From Eledone cirrhosa (lineage: Eukaryota), in contig OZ024740.1 in NCBI GenBank assembly GCA_964016885.1, forward strand, positions 207,390,001 through 207,454,000: a stretch of 64,000 nucleotides of DNA, read 5' to 3'. Shown here piece by piece: positions 54,063 to 64,000 of this stretch. Under the pieces are notes generated by a model that saw nothing but the letters and a program-made list of their open reading frames with translations, ran no database searches and was not told where the DNA came from. The stretch's first letter is position 1, and each line of letters starts with the position of its first letter. Position numbers and translations under genes: made by a program.

Positions 54063-55407
54063 TACAGCTATACAAACTCCGCTTAATAATACATGTTCAA
54101 CAGAAGTCTAGGGAATAAGGAATTATTTGCACTCTAATAAATAGGCCTAAAACCGTTGAATCTGGAAATAATCACACAACAGCTATACACTATTCGATAT
54201 TGTCACACTAATATGTCACAATTGACTTTTGATATAGTCACATTCCAGTTACACTATCATTTCTGACAATAACTAAAAAAAAAACCCAACAAATTGTTAA
54301 ATTTCGTGTGTATTTGTACAGAATACCAATAAAGGAAATGGGTTTGCTACAGAATACCAGTAAAGGAAATGGGTTTGCTAAGGTCCGTGAGGTTGAGAGT
54401 GGTAAGTGGGGAAGTTGATGTTATTAGCACTCCCCGGAAGTAGGGCATCACCTTTACCCTACGAACCCCTCGCCTATGTTTTCACTGCAAAGTAATGTGT
54501 ATATGTGTGACAGCATTTTTCTACACACACACACACTAATAATTTTATTTGAATGAAGTACATGAGAAAATAAATAAATTCTAGGAAACTCAAAATACGA
54601 ATTCAGTAGAATGTAATATATATATATATTAATCAAATAAATCGGTCTTCAAATTTTTCTTCATACAATATTTATATATATATATATATATATATACATA
54701 TATACATACACATGTAGTTATGCACGCCAATCTCTTTCTCTATACAGGTATGTGTGCGTGTATAAATTTAAATATTAACAGCTAAAATATTTAAATTATA
54801 AACCAGGAATAACAGGAAAATATTTTCTTCGAATAATAGGGGTTAGAGAGAAAGATCCACGGAGTGATTATTAAGAGGGGAATATTAGTTCTAGTAAGTA
54901 TCGTGCACCGTCTTTAACGTAAGCGGCATGTTGGTAGGTCTCTGTGACATACATACATAGATGTGGGTAAACGAGAAACGCAAAGACGGTGTGTAGAAAC
55001 CATGAAAACTTGTAATTAAAACAATCAAGACATTCTGTGCATGTGTGTGTGTGTATATATATATATATCACAACCCACCACACCGTCTAGAGATCGAACC
55101 CACATTATGATCCTAAGTTTAACACCCTAATCAATAGGCCATGCGACTTCATGCACACACACACATACATAGACATGTATATATATATATGAGTGTGAAT
55201 CCCGGGTTCAATCGGGGATGACCACATTTAGTAAGGTACTCAATACATTAGTAGAATGTAAACACCAAGTTTAATATAGAAATATTCTACAAGATTAGAA
55301 CTGTTTCATTCAAAAGAAATCACCAGGAAATATATATATATACAAACAAATATATATATATATATAAACAAACCGAGCATTATAATAAATGTTCGGTAAA
55401 CCGATAC

Positions 55408-55444
<37 letters not shown>

Positions 55445-55591
55445 CATGTATGTATATATATATATATATATACATACTACTGTACGTCTGTATACATATA
55501 TGAATGTACCTATACATACATACATACATACTTACATTTAAGTAAGTGCCGTACTAAGTGTGAGAAATGAAATTTCGTTTCATTCTATTCC

Positions 55592-55626
<35 letters not shown>

Positions 55627-55856
55627 TTATAGCGTTTCACTTAACACTACCAATTTCTCTTCGACCATCATCTATATAGCCTCTACCTCTACTCGCATTT
55701 GAACTCAGTCCTTAAATTCACCAGTACACAGTGTATCTGGCTAGTTGAAAATACGAACAACTCAATGCTAATAATATTTTCTCAATGAATTACTGGCCAG
55801 AGTACGTCACACACACACACACAATAACTGGCTACACTAACATAGCAAATACATTT

Positions 55857-55936
<80 letters not shown>

Positions 55937-56806
55937 TACATTTTACGACTATCCCTCTTTTCCTATCACATACATAAATACACTTGCCCTATAAAGTATT
56001 ATACATACACAAATGTGTGTGTGTGTGTATATATATCTATATAGATACACACTCAATAGCTAAACAAACCAATATCATCGCTCGTATAAATTCTTATATA
56101 GTATTATTGTTTATTTTAAATGCTGTATAAGTCCACTGGCTACTGCGGTGCATTGGAGCAAACAGGTGAACCTCTATATAGACATTCGATCTACTAAAGA
56201 GAGAGAGAGAGAGAGCATCGAATTCTTTCTTAATGTATCGATAACGTATTCCTCGATACACTATATTATTTCTGAGAAGGATAGACAAATGAACCTAGTT
56301 TTTTTATCATATACATCTACTGCAGCACAGCTGACCTGGGGTTAAACATTAATGTCAATAACATATACATGTTTTACGCAAACACCAACCAATACCAACC
56401 AATGAGGTTGCCTATAAACGATCCCTCAAACCTTTCTATACCACCGTCAAACGAAAGAATATATATATAATCCTACATCTACCATCAACCAGCACTACAG
56501 AACAAAGTGTATATGGTTATTATGATTTAGCAACTATTCTTTATCATGTTCTGTTTAAGGAACACATTTTACTAAATATTGAATTACTAAATGTTAGATC
56601 CAAAAACTGGACTTGCAAAATTCGTTTCAACTTCAGGACGCGAAGTGTTCAGTTCACTCTCTTTCCCTCATACACACACACACATACATACATACATATG
56701 AAAAGATTCAGGAACCCGACGGCTGAGCCCATATTACCCACTCTACTACCCCAAGTATCGAGTACTCTAGTAGGTTATGGTCTAACTGGTTTTTACCACA
56801 CCCTAT

Positions 56807-56842
<36 letters not shown>

Positions 56843-57469
56843 GTTTAATATAGAAATGGTTTCTACGGGGCTAGAACTGTTTCATTCAAAAGAAACCTAT
56901 ATTTATAATGAAAATGCTATTGAACAAGAATGTGTGTTTGTGTGGATGATTTAGTCATTATTCTTCAACCAGCAGTAAAGTAAAATCTGTTTAAAAGAAC
57001 AATCGAAGTGTTAAGAGTTAGCATACAACTAATTAATACTGTGGTAGAGGAGCGCTAGAATTATTGAATGTGAAGATAGCATGTCTGAGAGAAACCACAG
57101 CAACGGGATGTGTGTGCATATATACATATATTTGTGCATGAGTGTGCATATATACATATATATGCACTTATATATGTGCATGTGTATAAACATATATATA
57201 AACATATGCTTACATATATACATATAAATATACGTGTATATACATAATATATACGCCTGTGCATATACATATATATGCACGTGTGTGTGTGTGTGCATAT
57301 ATACATATATATGTGCTTATACATGTGTATACGTGCACTCACGAATATAATAATTCTATGTATAAGGTGAATAAGGCCGCACACATTCTCATGTTTTTGT
57401 TTTTTTTCCTTCGCTCAATGTCTCGTACTGTAATCCTTCAGGGAATTCTCTCTCACTCTCTATTATATA

Positions 57470-57669
57470 TAAAGTCCCGGGTTCAATCGGAGGTAACCAC
57501 AGTAAGTAAGGTACTCAATACGTTAGTAAAGTGTAAACATCAGGTTTAATATAGAAATGGCTTCTACAGGACTAGAATTGTTTTTCATTCAAAAGGAATC
57601 AGCAGGAAAGCCCTGATGATTTCTTTTGAATGAAACACTTCTAGTCCTATAGCCATTTCTATATTAAAC
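57470..57669. mobile_element. Family F fold-back copy
   Basis: Arms at about 57544-57606 and 57612-57669; CTGATGA-TTTC TTTT GAAT-GAAA at 57613-57635. Confidence 0.8.
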
Positions 57670-58612
57670 ATATATATATTCTATCACCTACAAAGATTGT
57701 GTTTAGTCAAATATTTTGTTTGTGTGTGCTGTTGTCCACCACAATCCACATTGTAATACAATTGCAGGTGAATGTGTATTTCTGTGTACAAACAGTTCAT
57801 TAAGTTTCGAATGTCAATAAGCATTTTAAAATATTTCCACTCATAATTTGTCAATATTAAAGAAGTGTATAAGTTTCTCGTAGATTTCATTTCATTATCC
57901 TAGGGATCTCTCTCGCCTCAACTATCCTCGCAACACAAACTTATCTTTAATTATATTTTACGAATATATATATTATATATTTGACCGACATAAACCACAG
58001 TTTGCTCGAATTCTCTCATTTTCTTCATTGTCTCATTAATCTAACTCGTGGTCGATCTATAATTATGCTGATTGTGGCTGTTCTTGTTGCTTGGGGGTCA
58101 GTTTTTTTGTTTTAAATAAAGAATGAATAATGAAGCAGGCATATATATAGTTCGTTTGTGTGTGGTTTGTATGCAGTACCATAGCGCACATATTCATGTA
58201 TGTTTGTACGTGTGTGTGTGTGCACATCTTTGTAGGATAATTGGGGGGGGGGGGATTCGTTGTACAAACTCTGATTGTATGGTGTATATAAGACATGCAA
58301 TAGAATTCTGTGAGTGTGTGTGTGTGTGTGTGTGTTGGAGGGAGAGCTAGTATTGGGAGTGTTACTGCTCAAGATTCTGTACGAACCGTAACTATAATGA
58401 TTGCAAACATCAACATGAGAGATTCGTGCTTGTTTGTATGGGGAGAGAGGCTTAATTGTGTGTGTGTAAAGGAAAATAGATCGAGTTAAGAAAACCTTAT
58501 TAAAACAGCAACATGAATGTGTGTGTAAACACACACACACATATATATATATATATACATATACACACACACACATATATATATATGTATACACACACAT
58601 ATATATATATAT

Positions 58613-58663
<51 letters not shown>

Positions 58664-58786
58664 TATATATATGTATACATACACACACACAAATACATAT
58701 ATGTATACACACACACAAATACATATATGTATACACACACACACACATATATATATATACATATACACACACATATATATATGTAT

Positions 58787-58835
<49 letters not shown>

Positions 58836-58899
58836 AACACACACATATATACACAAGAACAAATAAGGAAATATTTAAATAATTGTTATATTTACTCAC

Positions 58900-58992
58900 C
58901 TGTGACAATGGGACGGTAGTAGAGGCCTGGGTTTGTAGTACTGCCAACAAGCCCAACACAAGTAATAAAGTCGTTTTAGGTAGCATTTCCAT
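58900..58992 (-). CDS. Probable first coding exon of a secreted or membrane protein (signal peptide)
   Basis: Reads MEMLPKTTLLLVLGLLAVLQTQASTTVPLSQ: basic n-region, hydrophobic h-region, TQA-S cleavage-like site. It ends at a consensus donor CAG|GTGAGT (phase 0) in non-repetitive sequence. Confidence 0.7.
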
Positions 58993-59373
58993 TCCGACTT
59001 TGGTAGGAGTATGTATAAATATATATATATGCAGATAGTGAACAAACAGGAACGGGGAAACGAACTCCAGTAATGTGATCAAATATATAATATATACAAA
59101 CCTATATGTATGTATGTATATATATATTTATCTTTCCTTTTGAAATTCCGAAATCTGTGATTGAGAAAAGCTGGCTTGAAAGTAGCAAATAAAAATGGAA
59201 AGAGAGGAGAGATTAAACACCTTTCTTTCGTGTATATAATTTTTTTCCTTAAAGGTAAGATGATTTCTTTTTCTACGACGAGGAAAATATATAACTTCAA
59301 TAATCCAATGTGAATATATACATATATATATCTATATATATATATATATATATATATATTACATATATATATA

Positions 59374-59425
<52 letters not shown>

Positions 59426-60459
59426 AAGCGTGAGGGCGGGAGAGAGATATTTACGATCAATTCAAGTTAAATCTATCGCTTCATGTGTGTACTGTGTTGT
59501 ATGTATAATATATTGGCATGTATGTGTTAACGTACTTACGTATATATGTGCTTATATAAAAGAAAATATAATAAAATACAAAATATAGATATATATATTA
59601 CAGACTCCCCGCTTGCTTTCAGAATCAGTGTAAATGCTTTGATGTTAATTTGTGTGATACGGTTAGAAGATAAAAAAAAAGAATCCGACGCCGTTTATGA
59701 TTCGGATTTATCCCGTCCTTATTATATTATTGCTGTTTTTGTAGAAATTGGCCAGATCGTCTGATATGTATGTGAGAATCTGTGTATATATACTAATATG
59801 TGTGTTTGAAGCGTTAATAGCTGGCTGCGGGGGTTGGGCGGGTGATGGGTACAAGGTGCGTGTGTCGAAGTATTTCTATTGAATGACAACAGTAGCAGTG
59901 AGGCAGAGCTGCTGGCTCAGGACGGCGAAGAACGAACCGGCAAGTAATTTGTTGTTCCGCTTTCCGCGGAAGGATACTGTTAGCTAGGGCTTTAGTAGAA
60001 GGAGGAGAAAGGGGTATAAGAAAGAGGTAAAGAAGAAAAAGAGTTGAAGGAGAGGAAGATTATTACATGAATAAGAGTAAAAAGTGGGGTGTAAGTGCGA
60101 GGGAATGTAGACAGATTACAGAGAGAGAGAGAGATTAAGAAAGATTAACAAAAGGAGATAAATAGAGAGAATGAAGATATTATATAGTGAGAAGGACGAA
60201 GAAAGAGAGACAAAGTGAGAGATTAAGGGGAATAAATAGAGATAATGTAGATATTATATAGAGAAGAAGGAAGGAAAAAAAGAGGGCAAATTAAATAGAG
60301 ATAATGGAGATATTTTATAGAGAGAAAGGGAAAGAGGATGAGTTACACACACACACACACACACATACATACATACATACATACATACATACATACATAC
60401 ATACATACATACATACATACATACATACATACATACATACATACATACATACATACATT

Positions 60460-61015
60460 GTGGCTGCCAACTCGTTTTCGAGTACGGCCAGTACCTTATA
60501 TCCATGTAGGAGAACTCCTACCGATGCGCTGAACGAGTGTGACTTTTTAGTCCAGCCAGCGACTTGAAAACTCTGGTACAAACACTACACTTGTGACAAT
60601 TATTGACACACAGTGCTGGGCACAATGGTACCATGTGACGACAAGTGCAGAGAGATCTCCAGATATAAAGCAATGCCTGTGCCGTGAAGCTTTTATAGTG
60701 AGCAAAGGCACTGCACAAAGCCAGTCCCACTCTCTTAACCAAGATGATATTTACCAAAAAGAAGAACAAGTCAACATCATTGGATACCATCAGGGTTGCA
60801 GGTGTTATATCAGAGTTTTCCTTCTCCTACAATTCTGCCTTCACAAAGGCTAAGGGGGCCTCTCTCCCGGTAATTTGGATGGCCATTGACTCTTAAGAGC
60901 TCCTTTGCCCTTTGACAGGTTTTGTTTTTAGTCCAGCAGGATGTCCAAAGTCACCCTCCTCACCAAGAAACCTTGCCAGTTTAGTCGCCAGCGAACCAAC
61001 CATGTAACAGGTTGT
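60460..61015 (-). mobile_element. Short non-autonomous RTE derivative (5' UTR-like part joined to a C2H2-bearing 3' end)
   Basis: GGAGAAGGAAAACTCTGA is an RTE 5' UTR-like motif; CSVCTRVFKSLAGLKSHTRSAH finger; adjacent (TATG)n tail; no RT. Confidence 0.55.
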
Positions 61016-63014
<1,999 letters not shown>

Positions 63015-63214
63015 NNNNNNNNNNNNNNNNNNNNNNNNNNNNNNNNNNNNNNNNNNNNNNNNNNNNNNNNNNNNNNNNNNNNNNNNNNNNNNNNNNNNNN
63101 NNNNNNNNNNNNNNNNNNNNNNNNNNNNNNNNNNNNNNNNNNNNNNNNNNNNNNNNNNNNNNNNNNNNNNNNNNNNNNNNNNNNNNNNNNNNNNNNNNNN
63201 NNNNNNNNNNNNNN
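63015..63214. other. Assembly gap (200 N)
   Basis: Run of N. Confidence 1.
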
Positions 63215-63227
63215 ATAGGGGACCTCC

Positions 63228-63263
63228 TAGAGAGAGAGAGAGAGAGATAGAGAGAGAGAGAGA

Positions 63264-63327
<64 letters not shown>

Positions 63328-63333
63328 AGAGAC

Positions 63334-63370
<37 letters not shown>
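63228..63370. repeat. (GA)n microsatellite
   Basis: Directly visible. Confidence 0.97.
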
Positions 63371-63536
63371 ACAAAACCTTCCGGTCTATTCGCATTGGAA
63401 TTAGATTATACACCAGAAAGTTTATTTTCTCCGATAGTTCCTTATACTACAATATATATTATATAGAATGTTTTAGCTTTATTACATATATCACTTTCCA
63501 CATTATATATTATATAGAATGTTTAGCTTTATTACA

Positions 63537-64000
63537 TACTAGCATTAAAGCCCGGCGTTGCTCGGGGTCATTAAGTTACCAAAGTTAGATTGCACCACCC
63601 ATTTTATGGCACCCACTTTTTTGTCTGCCAGGCACTGGGTGAATGAATTGCAGACATGGAAGCAGGAGCTGCGCCAGCAGTGACAATTGTAGTTTCGCCT
63701 ATGGATATTATCTCTGTGCAAAAAAGTGTTGAAATTTATTGTTTCACAGTACTTGCGCAACACGCGCGTAGACGATGCCAGCCAAACAACAGAGCTGCGA
63801 TGGAGTTGTTCTGCATGGTTGTCTGTGTGTTTTCTAAATTTAAGACAGTAGGGAGGGTTGTGATATGAGGGAGAGTTAGCTGTTGTTTCTAGCAGATTTA
63901 GTGACTTCATAGAGGATATGTGTTTTCTAAATTTAAGACAGTAGGGAGTGGTGTGATATGGGGGAGAGTTAGCTGCTGTTTCTAGCAGGTTTAGTGACCT
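63537..64000 (+). mobile_element. Possible Helentron/Helitron-derived element start with an internal 93-bp tandem repeat
   Basis: TACTAGCATTAAAGCCCGGCGTTGCTCGGG terminal motif; TTTCTAAATTTAAGACAGTAGGGAG at 63831 and 63924. Confidence 0.45.

Overview
Eukaryotic, AT-rich, repeat-dominated animal DNA. The SINE/LINE repertoire resembles octopus/cephalopod genomes; this is an inference from remembered sequence families, not a database search. There are no prokaryotic genes, CRISPR arrays or rRNA genes. The window holds a 6.3 kb 26-bp satellite, several minisatellites and long (TA)n tracts. Its retroelements are a nearly complete but frameshifted CR1-type ORF2, a decayed R4/Dong-type RLE LINE, RTE fragments, a Hero/R2-like 3' fragment, a Penelope-like RT fragment and many tRNA-derived SINEs. 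Its DNA elements are an internally deleted Tc1/mariner element and several MITEs. The only convincing host coding signal is a minus-strand signal-peptide exon (58900-58992), with possibly related decayed exon-like segments at 12-23 kb. The most notable hidden signal is a set of more than ten hammerhead-ribozyme-like motifs from several unrelated short families: two look intact and have palindromic stem III, and the rest are degenerate. They sit in terminally redundant or fold-back units of about 130-520 bp, as expected for Penelope-associated or retrozyme-like non-autonomous elements. Most ORFs in the supplied track are repeat artefacts. All structures were paired by eye; boundaries of decayed elements are approximate.
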